This document shows positions 23,101-35,966 of a stretch of 64,000 bases of DNA, one piece after another. A program made the translations under genes and the position numbers. The notes beneath the pieces are model-generated. The model was not told where the DNA came from and searched no databases. It was given only the letters and a program-made list of their open reading frames with translations. Positions within the stretch are counted from its first letter, which is position 1. The number at the start of each line of letters is the position of its first letter. Source of the DNA: Callorhinchus milii (taxonomy: Eukaryota); assembly GCF_018977255.1 (NCBI RefSeq), contig NW_024704757.1:10850001-10914000 (forward strand), given 5' to 3'.

Positions 23101-24152
23101 GCTCTGGGACCCTACTCGGCGATATATAGATGCAAGTTGTTGTTATTCTTTATTTGTATCTGCTGGATGTCAGATGGTATTGAATCAGCTTTTGTCCTGT
23201 GCCCAAAATCCAGCGCAGTGCCCAATTGGAAATTGAGACATGGCTGCTTGCATTCCTCAATCTCAACTCATCCCATTATAGAAAGGATGTTCTAGAGATG
23301 GACCAGTGTAGATTTTCTAGGTGATGCAGGATATGAGACAATCTATGACTGAAGAGAGGGTAGTTAACTTAGAGGTTTTTCCATTGGAGCAGATTGACAG
23401 GAGAATAATAATAATAATGTTTAAGATTCAGAAGGGTTCTATATAACAAGTTAAATATATATATTTTTAAGAATTCCCGTATGTATTCTGATAAGAGGTA
23501 TAACTTGAGGATTGTAAGCAGAAGAAGGAGAGGCTGGATAGAATTTCTTCACTTAGAGAACTTTTAGAATTTGGAGATGATTTCATCTTCAAGCATATGT
23601 GTATGTGACCTTTGTTCTGTGGATGGATATCTAGAAGGGCATCTTCTCCAAACACATTGTTCTATTCAAAGCCAGGCTGCAGGTATCCTCTAGCCATTAT
23701 TGGAAAGGTGATCACTAGCTGAAAAAAGCTTCCTGATAAACCAGGCTGTCAGTAGGAATGAATAACTTTTAGATTTAACCCTGTGAAGGATTTTTGCTTG
23801 TGCCTGGGTTTAAGCCAAGTGGCAGGACTGTGATATTTTAAGTGCCAGGATGCCAGCAGTGTCACCAGCAACATCTGAAATTCAGGCTTCCCGACTCCAC
23901 TTGGAGTCAACCAACTGAGGGCTGTCATGGGATTTTGTAGTGACCAATGCTACAAAGACATTGAAGAGATGTTTTGAAGGAACGCTAACCTTGTGCCATT
24001 GCTACTGCTCTTGAGGTTTTTGTATGAGTGGGTGCACCTTTAAAAGGCTGCTGAGTCAGGAGGAGGAGAGAAAAACAAGCGTCTTTGTACGATTCAACAC
24101 TGAACCAGTCTGTGCAGTAAAACCAATGGATGTTTCTTTCTTGTTTCTTAAG

Positions 24153-24283
24153 GTTACGCACAGCCGGCTGTCTGTGTTTCTGCGTTTCACACCTCCGCTC
24201 GTGTAGCCAAACGCGATTACTATGAAGTGCTAGGGATTCCACGAAGCTCTACCCAGAGGGAGATAAAGAAAGCATATTATCAG
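24153..24283 (+). CDS. DNAJA3: DNAJA3 exon 2 (start of J domain)
   Basis: ag|(G)[43 protein letters not shown]|gtagga, 131 nt. Confidence 0.95.
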
Positions 24284-24388
24284 GTAGGAGAGTGTGATTG
24301 GAAGCACTGTCTTAACAATGAATGTGATTGATGTAACTCTTTGTAACATTGGGCTGTAAGTGTAACACTTTCTCTTGGTTTTATGCAG

Positions 24389-24472
24389 CTCGCCAAGAAA
24401 TATCATCCTGACACAAACAAAGAAGACCCAAAGGCAAAGGAGAAATTTTCCCTGGTTGCAGAAGCCTACGAG
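24389..24472 (+). CDS. DNAJA3: DNAJA3 exon 3 (HPD motif)
   Basis: ag|[28 protein letters not shown]|gtaata, 84 nt. Confidence 0.96.
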
Positions 24473-25844
24473 GTAATAGATTTTGCAATGTTTTTGTTTC
24501 CAGTTGGGGTGTATCACTGCTTCCAGAGTCTTACTAGATATCATTTGAATGCCAAATTAGCGAGAATGTATGCTCCTCAATTATAGTTGCCAAGAAAACA
24601 AGAGAAGTGGCCTGACCGCAGATAGATGTGTTGGTGTTCAATACATTGGGGAAGAGTCTGTGCTCTACGTCGGGGACAGCGTGGAAGAGAGAGTGTGGTT
24701 AGGGTCTGCACTGAGATGGGGGGAAAAGAAACAGGAGGGTTTGAGTCATTTTTTCTCCATACCTCTCCTCAATCTGTCTGAGTTTAGGAGGAGTATGCTT
24801 AGACTGAGCTCCTCCTGAATTGCTGTCAGAAGTAGGGTACAACAACAAAAGCTTGCATTTATATAGCACGCTTCATACTCAGTAGTATCCCGGAGCCATG
24901 ATCTTAGCTCTCCATTGTTGTGGGAAATGGCTGTTTGTTTTCCCTCATTGCCTGAGAGCTGCTGGGTCAGGGATAGATGAAACCCACTCCTCTGTAAGCT
25001 GGACTGTGTATGCGGCAAGTACAGGGAACTATTCAGCAAAAGCCATCACTGTATTTTGAAGAGGAAGCCGAATGCTGTGAGGTAGCCTTGTGACTCGCTG
25101 GTGCTGGCACGTGACCTCCCCCAGAACAACAAATTGACCTTTGTCCTTCAGTGAAAGTTATTGCTACTGATTGTATAGAATGTTAGACCAGCATGCAACT
25201 TAGCAGGAAAGACACTGAGGCCAAGAGTCTCTCTTTATTGCTCAGCAGACATACCATGGCTCCTCAGCTAGAGTAGCAATCAGGGCTACAGTTGACCTCA
25301 GCACCCACTGGGCTAGGGAAGAGTGGAATTTCAGCTAAAGTTCTAATTCCTGATTACTGTCCAGAGAACCTCTGTTGCACGTTCTATGGATTTTGGATGA
25401 GGAAAGGATTTCAGCGCCTTGGGACGTCCTCCCGACGTGAAAGGCGCTCTATAAATGGAATCTTGTTGTTGTTGTTGATGGGGCTTGACTCCACCACTGT
25501 TAAGCGCTCCGAGATGCCACCCAGCATGAAGGGCACTGTATAAATGCAAGTTGATGCTGTTGACTATGATGGCCCTGCTACCAGTATGAGTGGTCGTATA
25601 AGAGTGACACGATTTGTTAAAGAATATCTGCTTTCCCAAGATTATATCAGGCTGATCCTCATGTTAAGAGTGCAGATGGCTGCATCTAGCAGAGTAGTTT
25701 GCAGCAGCATGGACCACGTACAGGTGTGATATGTGGGTGTTTTACTTTGGGAGCTGTTCCACAGCACATGCCTTGTGGTGGGTGCGAGATAGTGTGAGAT
25801 ACTCACATGCTCTGCTGACGCTCTGTGCCGTTGTACTGTTCCAG

Positions 25845-26042
25845 GTGTTGAGTGATGAGGCCAAGCGTAAACAGTATGATACATATGGAACTACGGGCTT
25901 CGATGCTGGTACAGCCGGGCAGCACCACTATTGGCAGTCTGGCCCCTCCATGGATCCCGAGGAGCTCTTCAAGCGTATCTTCGGAGAATTCTCAGGATCT
26001 CGATTTGGAGATTTCAGCAACATGTTTGACCAACCCCAAGAG
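25845..26042 (+). CDS. DNAJA3: DNAJA3 exon 4 (end of J domain, G/F region)
   Basis: ag|VLSDEAKRKQYDTYG...DPEELFKRIFGEF...FDQPQE|gtgaga, 198 nt. Confidence 0.96.
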
Positions 26043-26210
26043 GTGAGAGAGACTCGGTACCAATATTCACCCAGCTGCAATCCAGCGCTCAGGCCGTCCT
26101 GATTGGGAGGGACTTTGTGGGGAGGGGAATTGTGGTGTACCTTACCTTGAGCATCATTCCAGCTTCACAGTTGTGATGTGTAATGTTATCTCTACGTTCT
26201 ATTTCCTCAG

Positions 26211-26363
26211 TACATCATGGAGCTGACATTCATACAGGCTGCGAAGGGAGTGAATAAGGAGATGATTGTGAACCTTGAGGACACTTGCCAGAGGTGTGAT
26301 GGCAAAGGTCATGAGCCAGGAACTAAAATTCAGCATTGCCATTACTGCAATGGAACCGGCATG
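26211..26363 (+). CDS. DNAJA3: DNAJA3 exon 5 (zinc-finger repeats 1-2)
   Basis: ag|YIMELTFIQAAKG...CQRCDGKG...CHYCNGTGM|gtgagt, 153 nt. Confidence 0.96.
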
Positions 26364-27236
26364 GTGAGTGCCAGCTTGCAGACCGTCTCAGTCATCCTGA
26401 GCACAGCGCAATGTGCGTTCACCTACGGGTGATGGGACTTTACCCCAGGTTTCACGGTAAAATCCTGTCAAGTGCTTTGAGAAATCTCGGCATAAGGCAC
26501 TATAGCAAATGCATGGATTATTATTCATTCTTGCAGTTCCTTAAATGGTTTGCCAAGAAATGGATCAGGATTTCTGCATGGCAGGAATGTGGTGTTCACA
26601 CTTGGCTTCAGAGCAAGGTTTGCTTCAGCTGATGTACCCTTTGCTGGTCTCTAATCTAGACGTAACATTTAAAGAGCTTAAGCTGTATTAGTAATTGCTT
26701 GAGATGTCTTGACGTTATAAGTGCTGTTAAAATGCAAGTTCTTTCTTTAGTTAGCTTCTGTGCCTGGCAAACTTAATTGTAATTAGGCGATTAAATATCT
26801 TCATACGAGGTCGTTCTGTGCTGCGTACGTTATGCTAATTTCTGTTCTCTGACATGGCTGAGACCATGGTTAATCACACCAGACGAGGAGTTCCTTTCAG
26901 AAGCCAGGCATTTCTTGGACATGAATGAAAGTTAAAGTAAAATTTGGAATTTTACATCATGTTATGTCAAAGTCAATAATTACTGTCAAGTGTAGTGATT
27001 GCTTTGTAGGCAAACATCGTAGCCATTGTGCAAAGCAAGATCCACAATCAGGAGTGAAGTTCCAATTAATCTATAGGATTTTTTGTCAGCGAGAAACTCG
27101 CTCCTCTTTTCCAATTATGTTATGATATCTTTAGTGTCCCCCTGAACAGGTAGTCTCAGCCAAATATATTTCCTACAAGAATATAGTGCTTCCCTAATAA
27201 TGAGTCCTGTGTAATTCTGTGGCTCTCTTCTTGCAG

Positions 27237-27384
27237 GAAACTCTAAACACAGGACCCTTTGTGATGCGCTCCACGTGCCGGCGATGTGGTGGTCGCGGAT
27301 CCATCGTGATTACTCCATGCGTCCTGTGCCGAGGAAGTGGTCAGAGCAAGCAGAGAAAGACGCTAGTGGTACCAGTTCCCGCTG
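27237..27384 (+). CDS. DNAJA3: DNAJA3 exon 6 (zinc-finger repeats 3-4)
   Basis: ag|ETLNTGPFVMRSTCRRCGGRG...CVLCRGSG...VPVPA|gtaagc, 148 nt. Confidence 0.96.
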
Positions 27385-27404
27385 GTAAGCACTGCTTGTC
27401 CCTC

Positions 27405-28127
27405 AACTATCCTTCCTTCCTACCCCACATCTGTGCCATGATCCGCTCTGCCTTCCCCCACTTCCGCAACATCGTCCAGCTCTGCCACTGTCTCACACCA
27501 CAGCCGCCGAAACCTTCATACATGCTTTCATTACATCGAGGCTTGATTATGCAAACTCATTGCTTGTTGGCCTCCCCAACTCCTCCCTCCATAGGCTGCA
27601 GATCGTCCAGATCTCTGCAGCCCGCGTCCTCTCCCTCACTAAGCTGCGTGATCCTATCACCTCCCATCCTCGCCCAACTTCACTGGCTTTCCATCAAACA
27701 GTGATACAGTTCAAGATCCTGGTCCTCACCTTCAAGGCTCTCCAATGTCTTGCTCCCCCCTACCTCTGCGACCTCCTAACCCCCTACCATCCTGCTCGCT
27801 TCCTCTGCTCAGCAGGCTCCAGCCTGCTTCATGTCCCCCGCCTCGCTCGCCCCACTATTGGTGGGCGGGCCTTCTGCCACTCTGCTGGCCCCTGTGGAAC
27901 TCCATCCTGCAGATCCTCCGCCTCACCCCCTCCCTTGCCACCTCATCTCAAGCAAACCCATCTCAAGACCCTCCTCTTCGACCGTGCTTTTGATTTCCCT
28001 GCTTCCCCCCCCTGCCCTCCACCCTCCCGACTCTCAGCTCAGGTCCGAAACCCTGTCCGTCCAATGCTTTGGGACGTCCTCCCGACGTAAAAGGCACTAT
28101 ACAAATTAACTTCCTTTTTGTTGTTGT
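27405..28127 (+). mobile_element. L2 LINE 3' fragment (ORF2 C-terminus plus tail)
   Basis: Frameshifted LVGLPNSSLHRLQIVQISAARVL...IQFKILVLTFKAL...LAPPYLCDLL...GGRAF...LKTLLFDRAF, then a gggacgtcctcccgacgt tail. Confidence 0.88.
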
Positions 28128-28648
28128 CCATCAGGAGCTGAGAGCAAAAGATGATGTGTGGAGGGATGAGGAAGAATGGGATTTGTGGTGGGTTCAGGAG
28201 GTGAAATATGTGTTGGGTTTGGAGACTGTAATGTGTGATTGGCTGGAGAGGGTATGTGCAATGGGATGGGGATGAAACTTACAATAGGTCAGTGTTAGCA
28301 GTAATGCAGTCAGTATATGCAACTGACTAAGCTATAATCCGTACGGTATGGAATTGAGGGAATGGATTTATATTAGTTCAATCTGATGTTAGTTTGTTTC
28401 TACTTGTTATCTCCACTTCTCTGAATTGGGATGACAATTTGAGACTGCCTCTGGTATCTGGATATTGGTTCTTATCATGTAATCACAGCTTTTCCTGGCT
28501 TTCACAGTCAGTGGGGAACCCAGTCTGATTTGCCACCAGATATTGGCGAGTTTACCTGCAGAAGTGTTTGTTCTGGGGCCACAGTTGTGCTGGAGGTAAC
28601 TGTGCTCGCCATTGTGAGCTCTCAGTCTACACTTATAATGTTTTGCAG

Positions 28649-28713
28649 GTGTGGAGGACGGACAGACCGTGCGGATGCCAGTGGGAAAGAAAGAGATCTT
28701 CATTACCTTTAGG
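28649..28713 (+). CDS. DNAJA3: DNAJA3 exon 7
   Basis: ag|(G)VEDGQTVRMPVGKKEIFITFR|gtaagt, 65 nt. Confidence 0.95.
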
Positions 28714-28986
28714 GTAAGTGATTGTCTGAGGCGAGGCTGAGTCCTGCAGGATTATAATAATAATAATAATCCTAGCATTTGATATAGCGCTTTTCACATC
28801 TTCTAGATGTGATTAGCTAACTCAGTACATACCAGGGAGGGAACTTGGGACCATTTGGTCTGTGTGATGACTCGGTGCTACATTTAATTGATCCCTCGAA
28901 CCACTAGACGATCAGAAAGCATTGTGACTTTTGAATTTTTTGTCTAGAGTTTGTTTAATTGCTTTGAATTTTTCTCAAATTATTAG

Positions 28987-29115
28987 GTTCAAAAGAGTAC
29001 AACATTCCGACGAGAAGGAGCTGACATCCACTCAAACCTGTTCATCTCTGTTGCCCAGGCAGTGCTGGGAGGCACAGCACGCACCCAGGGGCTGCACGAC
29101 ACCATCAACATCACG
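28987..29115 (+). CDS. DNAJA3: DNAJA3 exon 8
   Basis: ag|VQKSTTFRREGADIHSNLFISVAQAVLGGTARTQGLHDTINIT|gtgagt, 129 nt. Confidence 0.95.
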
Positions 29116-29316
29116 GTGAGTAACATCACTGAGCTGCAAACTCGGAGCTGAAAGAACCATTGAGCCAGCCTCGTGAACCTTTATGTTCGCCATCTCTCAC
29201 GCTGGCTATACAATATACACAGTATATCCAGTGAAGTGCTTTGAGATGCCTCGATCACATTATAAAGCGCTGTATCAAACGCTGGGATTATTATTATCAA
29301 TGTTTTCTGTTTTCAG

Positions 29317-29432
29317 ATTCCGCAAGGAATTCAGATGGATCAGAAGATTCGGCTTAGTGGTAAGGGTATTCCAAAGGTCAACAGCTATGGTTACGGGGAT
29401 CACTATATCCACATCAAAGTGAAAATCCCAAA
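29317..29432 (+). CDS. DNAJA3: DNAJA3 exon 9
   Basis: ag|IPQGIQMDQKIRLSGKGIPKVNSYGYGDHYIHIKVKIP|gtaagt, 116 nt. Confidence 0.95.
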
Positions 29433-29860
29433 GTAAGTATTCATAGGTGGGAAAGGGGAGGTGGGGGGGAGTGAAAGTATAACCATACTACTTCCAGGGC
29501 TCCAATGTGACTGAGATATTGGGCAGCCCCAGTTTGAATGTTACCGTGAGCAGCCATTGCTCCACTTACCAAATAGTTGTCTGGAGGGTCATCATATCTG
29601 AAGATAAGTGTCAGCTTGGTTGTAAGTAGCGTCCAGGCTTCTGGGATAGAATCTTTGTGGAGTCAAAGCTCACAGAGATGCCATCCTTTGAAAAAGATAT
29701 TAACCTCCTACCTGTTAAAGATTCCATGGCACTGGAAAGCCCTTATTCCTGATTACAAACATTAGGTGTTTTTAGTGTCAATTGGTCGGGTATAATGTCG
29801 CTGCACTGATCTGTTCACCTATACAGTAACTGGTACTTTTCTCCTTTATGTGCTTGGCAG

Positions 29861-29958
29861 GCAGTTGAGTGACCGACAGAGAACATTGATGTTGGCTTAT
29901 GCTGAAGATGAAGGTGAAGTAGAAGGCACTGTAAATGGAGTCACTAACACAACTACAG
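29861..29958 (+). CDS. DNAJA3: DNAJA3 exon 10
   Basis: ag|(K)QLSDRQRTLMLAYAEDEGEVEGTVNGVTNTTT|gtgaga, 98 nt. Confidence 0.94.
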
Positions 29959-30407
29959 GTGAGAAGTGTTTTGGAAACCTTATCTAGTGGCAGGGGATTT
30001 CTAGTGCTTCACTGCACAGACATGCAGTGTGTGCAAAGGGTCAAGTGCTGACCTTTACTGTTCCAGTTTAGAGTTCCTGTTATAAGTCTGATACTTTACA
30101 GTGGATATGGTCATTATCATGTATAAACAGTTTCCCATAACATCTTTTGAGTGCTTCACAAGATATTTACATCCACAAACCATAGTTGAGACACAGTTCT
30201 TTGAAAATATAATTAAATAGATTCTTGAAGACAAGGAATATTAAAGTGTATGGGGACTGAGCAGGAGTATAGGATTAGACTTGGTAGCTCAAGTGGATAA
30301 AAATACCAACACAGACTTTAATGGGCCAAAGTTCTGTGATTTCTAGGGGTGTCTGTTCTGTTTTGTTCCTTCTTTTCTGAACTTGAGTTTTGACTGTTTG
30401 TATCTAG

Positions 30408-30523
30408 GCACTAATGCCAGGGCGAATACTGGGATGGGGGAAAAGGGGCCTGAGAAGCCTGAGGCTGAGCCAGGGGAAAACAAGGAGGGATTTCTTACCA
30501 AATTAAAGCGAATGTTTAGCTGA
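30408..30523 (+). CDS. DNAJA3: DNAJA3 exon 11, long-isoform (Tid1-L) C-terminus; total 478 aa
   Basis: ag|(G)TNARANTGMGEKGPEKPEAEPGENKEGFLTKLKRMFS*, with donor gtagga at 30530. Resembles the recalled human Tid1-L end EGFLSKLKKMFTS. Confidence 0.88.
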
Positions 30524-31560
30524 CAAGAGGTAGGAAACCTCTTTTTGTTTTTCCCTTTATCATTGTACCTTTACACTACTGTTCAATACTCAGTCCAGCA
30601 CAAAGTGTACCCTGCTATTCAGCCTCCCAGCTGATGGCAAGAAATGAATGAAGCATTGATGTTAAGAGTATAATGTTATGCTAATGGCAACCATGCAGTT
30701 CAATACTTGTCCTGCAACGAGTGCTTGACTTGTCAGCACTACAGCTTGCAGGGATGAACATGTCTGCACTTCCAAGATGAGCCAAACAGGTAGCAATGCC
30801 TTGGACATTATAGACATGATGGCTTTGCTTGCATCTCCTCAGCCAGTTCCAAACCCCTTCCCAGAAAGGATATAATTTCAAACTGAACGGACAGGGCTTT
30901 GGGGGAATTTTCAGTGTAATTTTTAGTGAGGTAAATTCTCCACCGTTGCATCTCTGATATACATCAATTTCAGATTGGGAAATGCTAGAGTTCTGATTAA
31001 GGGATGTACCTGTAATATTGAGCTATCTCTATTAATACTGATAGGCCGTGTTTCACCAGTGTTCTCTGTTTTTGTGTAATCTTTTCGAACCCCACCCCCC
31101 CATTTTCTCTCATCTCACCTTCCACTATGGGAGCTTGACCGGCTTATCCAGCCCTGAGCTGTCACCTCTCTGGAGTGTTGTAGTACTGAGCGACAAGTTA
31201 TGTTTCTTCTCAGTCAAGCTCCCTCTCATCTCTAGTAACAAACATGTCTGGTCTTCCTGGTCAGTAATCTAAAGGAAGAGTTTACTGTGTCCGACCTCTT
31301 CAAGGTCATGTGCTGAATAACTGAGGCTGGATTCTTGCCAATGGATTTGTATATGGATACTTTAGTTAGTTTAAAGCCACTGCATTGAAACTTACAAAGC
31401 AATCATTACATCTTTTTTTTCTTTTGATGATTCTTAATTCATGTCTTGAATTCACTGATCAGTGGATTTTTTTAATTATTTACTCTTGTCAAAACAATTT
31501 ATAATTTTACAACTGCTTATATGAAAAAAATCATGTTTCTCTGCTATTCTTGTTTTCTAG

Positions 31561-31583
31561 GAAAGCGAAGGAGTGGAAACTAG
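31561..31583 (+). CDS. DNAJA3: DNAJA3 exon 12, short-isoform (Tid1-S) C-terminus; total 447 aa
   Basis: ttcttgttttctag|(G)KRRSGN*. Resembles the recalled human Tid1-S end GKRSTGN. Confidence 0.88.
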
Positions 31584-31840
31584 CTCCCACATCAGATCTA
31601 CAAATTCCACGCTGCCTGAGGATATGTTCACCCCCTGACTAGCCAATACACTGATGGAACCCCGTCATCCTGTACCCAGAACAAGACCCCAGAGACTTGG
31701 CTGTTATTTCCCGATAAGGCCTGTTTTTTGTTGTTTTGGTTCTGTACATTGTGGTCAATAGCAGTGTAAATTCAGTGACAGATGCACTATGTAATCCATT
31801 CTTGCACAATGAAGACTTATTTTAATTCTGTTTCTGGCAA

Positions 31841-31846
31841 AATAAA
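31841..31846 (+). terminator. Probable DNAJA3 polyadenylation signal (second candidate at 32104)
   Basis: AATAAA about 260 nt after the short-isoform stop codon. Confidence 0.55.
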
Positions 31847-33602
31847 CTGATTGTAGCTCTACGACCTGGAATGGTCAGTGCAAGCTCCAGGTTAGAGCCC
31901 ATCGTGATGTTTGCAAAGCAAACTGATGGGTTCAACGTGATTAGGTTTTGTTTTAGGTTCCTCGGAGTACCAAGGGTTGCTAATTAACTCTGGCTGTGCA
32001 GAGTGGGTGCAGCCTGTAGCCGGGGAATGTGTCGCTCTTTGATAGTGAGCTGAGGATCCCAGATTGCTTGGGTTGGCCAGAGAGACCCTGGCCAACAATG
32101 AGAAATAAACTTATTTGAACCTGACTGACGAGTGTGGCTTTAAGGAATAGTCGCTTCCAGTTGTGGTCTCACTGGGGGTGTGTTTAGTAATCACTAAAAA
32201 CTTGCCCAGTCCTCTCCCCTCCGTTCACAAGAAATTGGGGTCTGCTTCCATCCACTCACCTGTTACAGGCACCACCAAACCTTCCCACAGGGACCAGACT
32301 GGATAGATTTGAGTGACAGGATTTATCTCGTGGGAAGTTATGGAAATTTTCAATTTCTTCTCTTGCCCCCAACCCCGAAAAACTATGTAGACAATCTACC
32401 ATTCTATTTTACTGCAATAAAACAGGGAGTGAAATGCTAAACTAGAGCATGTTTATTTTTTAGAAATTGTTTGACAATTCCTGAACCCTTGCATTTCCCC
32501 ACCTATCACCTTGGTTCATAACTCAGAAATGCTGTAAAAGAGCTGAAGGGAAGCCAGTGTTGGACACCCACAGGCAAAGTTGTATTTAGTCCAGCCAGTA
32601 AGCAGATGGGTATCCCATGGGTTGGTACAAATTGCATCCAGTTAAAAGAATTCACAGACCATTTCACGAATGATTTGTGACAGAAAATTCCCAGTGTTTG
32701 GTAGAGGTTTATTATAAAAAGGGATTAGGCATAAGTTAGAAATCAATAAGTCGCTAATGTGAAGCACTTATGGAGAATAGAGTGTGTGTGTTTGTGGGTG
32801 GGGGGGGGAAAGGAAGAACACGGTCACAGAGTATTTAGCTTTTGGAGGTATTTTCTTGTTTTACAAATTACACAATAGATAGGATACAGTCATCTCCATA
32901 GTTGTATTAGTAACTGGACTAGTAACTGCCCATACTCCAGGCCTCAAATTGTTAGGTTATTGACATATTACAGTATAAAGCATCTGATAAAATCCAATTT
33001 AGAAACCTTAATCCTTTCAAAGACACAGTGGGAGGGCAGCAGTTGCCAGCTGTTGTCCTGCATACAACTGCTGTTTTAACCATTTGATGTATTCACTTAA
33101 ACATTAACATGTGAGAGCAGCACAAATCCAGGCATGAGGCAGAGGCTTTTTAAAATCACTTTAATTGTAGGTTGTTTGAAAACACAAAATAGTGCAAGTC
33201 CAGAGAACAGCATTGAAGGCATGTCCCAATGAGATGTAGCCATTGCTTCCTCACAGATGAAGTCTCTCTCTCATGTAAAGTGAGGATGGGCGGTTCGATT
33301 AGTACATACGTGAATGCTAGTTGGGAGGAGCTTCTCTAATCAGCTGTCTCCTGCAGAACAGCCTGTGCACTGTCTCTGAGAATTATAGTTAACATGCATC
33401 AGAGACTCCATTCAGGAGCCAAGGAGAAGCAGTGCAAGTTAGATAGCCATGCCCATATCAGCAAGAAAAGAGGGGTCTCCCTCACACTAAATAGAATTGT
33501 CCTGTGTGCTTACATGAATGGAAACCAGCCTGTAACCAAGTGTCGAACTCCCCGGGTATATTGCTGATTACGTGAATGGCATTGGAACCCGTTTATTAAC
33601 TA

Positions 33603-33768
33603 CAGTCTAACCTATCTTCAACAACCATTCAGGAGACTGGGCCAAAGTGGCCTTTATATAAGGGTGGCCTCTGAGTAAGGGTTTGTTAGCGTGCTAACTG
33701 GACTGTCCAGGGTGGTTCTTAACGGGGTGGTTGCTGAATGGAGGTGGTTGCTTGAACAGGTTCGACTG
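33603..33768. mobile_element. Tigger/pogo-like MITE with TA target-site duplication
   Basis: ta|cagtctaacct...aggttcgactg|ta, with imperfect TIRs extending about 25 bp. Confidence 0.72.
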
Positions 33769-35479
33769 TATTATATGCATGTAGAGTCGTGCTGTGCCCC
33801 TCCCAATCACCTTTCATTGAATTAACTATTAAGTTGAAATCAAGTGTATTCAGGAATTCCTGATCTTAAAAATAACCGGCAGAAGCTTATGGCAGATAAG
33901 GTGCACTGCTACAAACTAAACAATCATTAGAAGTTGCCTGAATTAAACATGAGCAAGTGGCCAACTCAGCTACAGTATGTAGATTAAAATACTTGGAATC
34001 TATGACTGAGTGACTGAGCTTGAATCCAGCTACAACATACACGTCAACTGCATAAAAGATTACTGGTCAGAGAGTAATACTGCATTGAGATTTAGGATTC
34101 CTCATTCTTTCTCTTCTCTCTACCCCCCCACCCCCGGCCAGAGCATATGGGCTTCCCATAACTAAGTATATCACCCTGCTGAAAAACCTCATTGCAAATT
34201 ACCTTTCAAACGCAAACTGACCTTGAGCCTTGCTGGACAATAGCTCTTGGTGACAGACGCAGCTCAATACATACAGGACACCACCAGCATTCCATTACTG
34301 AATAAAATACTGATGTTCATATGATAATAATAAATAATAATTCTTACATTTGGTATAGCGCCTTTCACATTGGATGGACATCTCAAAAGCAACATCTCAA
34401 AAACTTCACCGCATATACCTGTAAGAGCATCAATGACTATACTCTACAGTATACATCGAAGCACTTTGTGTAAATTAACTTAAAAACAGCAATGGAATGT
34501 CATCGGTCTCATGAATGTATGTTCTCTTAAGCAATCTTGTTCTCAATTCAACAACAACAAAAACTTGCACTTATACAGCGCTCTCCATGCAGGGTAGTGT
34601 CTCAGAGTGCTTAACAGTGGTGGGGCCTGACTCCGAGCCGGGGGGAGGTGGCCATAAGCACGGTGGAGGAGGAAAGTTTTCAAGCGGGACTGTTCACCAG
34701 AAGTATGCGATGTGAACACAACTGGCATCGTCCACCCAAAAAGCAGTCACAGACACACAGAGCATGCCAATCCTGAGCATCTGCAATCACATACAGCCCA
34801 TGGTGGCTGGTTTCTGTTTCTAAGGCTGAATCAACCATGACTCATATTGTCAGAAAACCAATACAGTTAAACCCACAACACAATCACCTCAGCAGCCACC
34901 CGCCCAAATGAACATTGCAGCACGTACAGGAGAATTAATGGGGCTCCTACAGAACAACTTTGCCCTGTGCACGACAGCTAAAAGTCAGTATCTTTCACAC
35001 AGCTACGATCACATTTTTTTAAAAAAAGTGTTCAGTTATTTTTCTAAAATTTCTCCCAATTATCATATGCCTCTTCTGATCCCCAGCCTCCTCATCTTGG
35101 GTTGTTTTTCCACAGGTTCTGGTTGCCTCTGGTAATCTGTCCATTTGAGCTTTGACAGTGAGTTGCAGAAGGCATCATGGCTGAGCCCATCTCAACCAAC
35201 TGCAACCCTCAGACTACCAGTAGAGGGTGCTGCAGAAGCTCGCTCGGTTTCCCCTCTCTGACCTTGGAAAGGGCAGGAATAATTTAGTCTGGAGACTGTG
35301 GCCGAGTGACTAGCAAATTTAACGTGATCTGGAATTCGAACCAGTGAGCTTCCTGATCTGTAAGCTGCAGCTCTATCCACATCACCATCAGGGCTGCCCT
35401 GCTCACATCTTAGACTTATTGGGGGAGATGAGGACAGACGGAAAGCCTAACCGGGGGTGGTGGTGGTGGTAGAAAGAAA

Positions 35480-35650
35480 CATTAAGCCTGGTCCTAGGGG
35501 GATAGACTAGACCTGGTCTTGGGGGATGGACGAGGCCTGGCACTAGGGGACGGACTAGGCCTGCCCTGGGGGATGGACTAGACCTGCCCTGGGGTACGAC
35601 TAGGCCTGGCCCTGAGGATGGAGGACAGACCTGGACCTGAGGGAAGGACC
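35480..35650. repeat. Degenerate ~21-bp minisatellite (ggggatggactaggcctgccct), about 7-8 copies, in the presumed HMOX2 3' UTR
   Basis: Direct reading. Confidence 0.8.
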
Positions 35651-35966
35651 AGATTCCGTACATAGCTATCCGGCTCCCGGAGGCGAGAATCTCATAGGGA
35701 ATTGACTATTCCCATTTTTTTCTATAGAAAGTTTGCTACATTGGGAATAGTCACTCTCCTTTCTGTGCTTACCTGTACTCTTACACACTGCTCCAATGCA
35801 GTTGGTTTAATAATGTCTCGAGCGCAGGAACGCAACATTCACACGAGAACATACAGATGGGATGCTTCCCTGTCTGCTGGATGAACTAGCACAATCCAAG
35901 TCGTCTGTGGGTGGTGGGGGCTTGTAGGGCTCTCCAAGTCCTGTCCTCATCTCTACGCTGCACAGT

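Noticed and set aside
35192-35296. Possible alternative HMOX2 last exon (VSRLNYSCPFQ...) with a CP motif but no TM segment
   Set aside because: The acceptor is poor, a canonical last exon exists at 35967-36088, and a 4-residue match is expected by chance.
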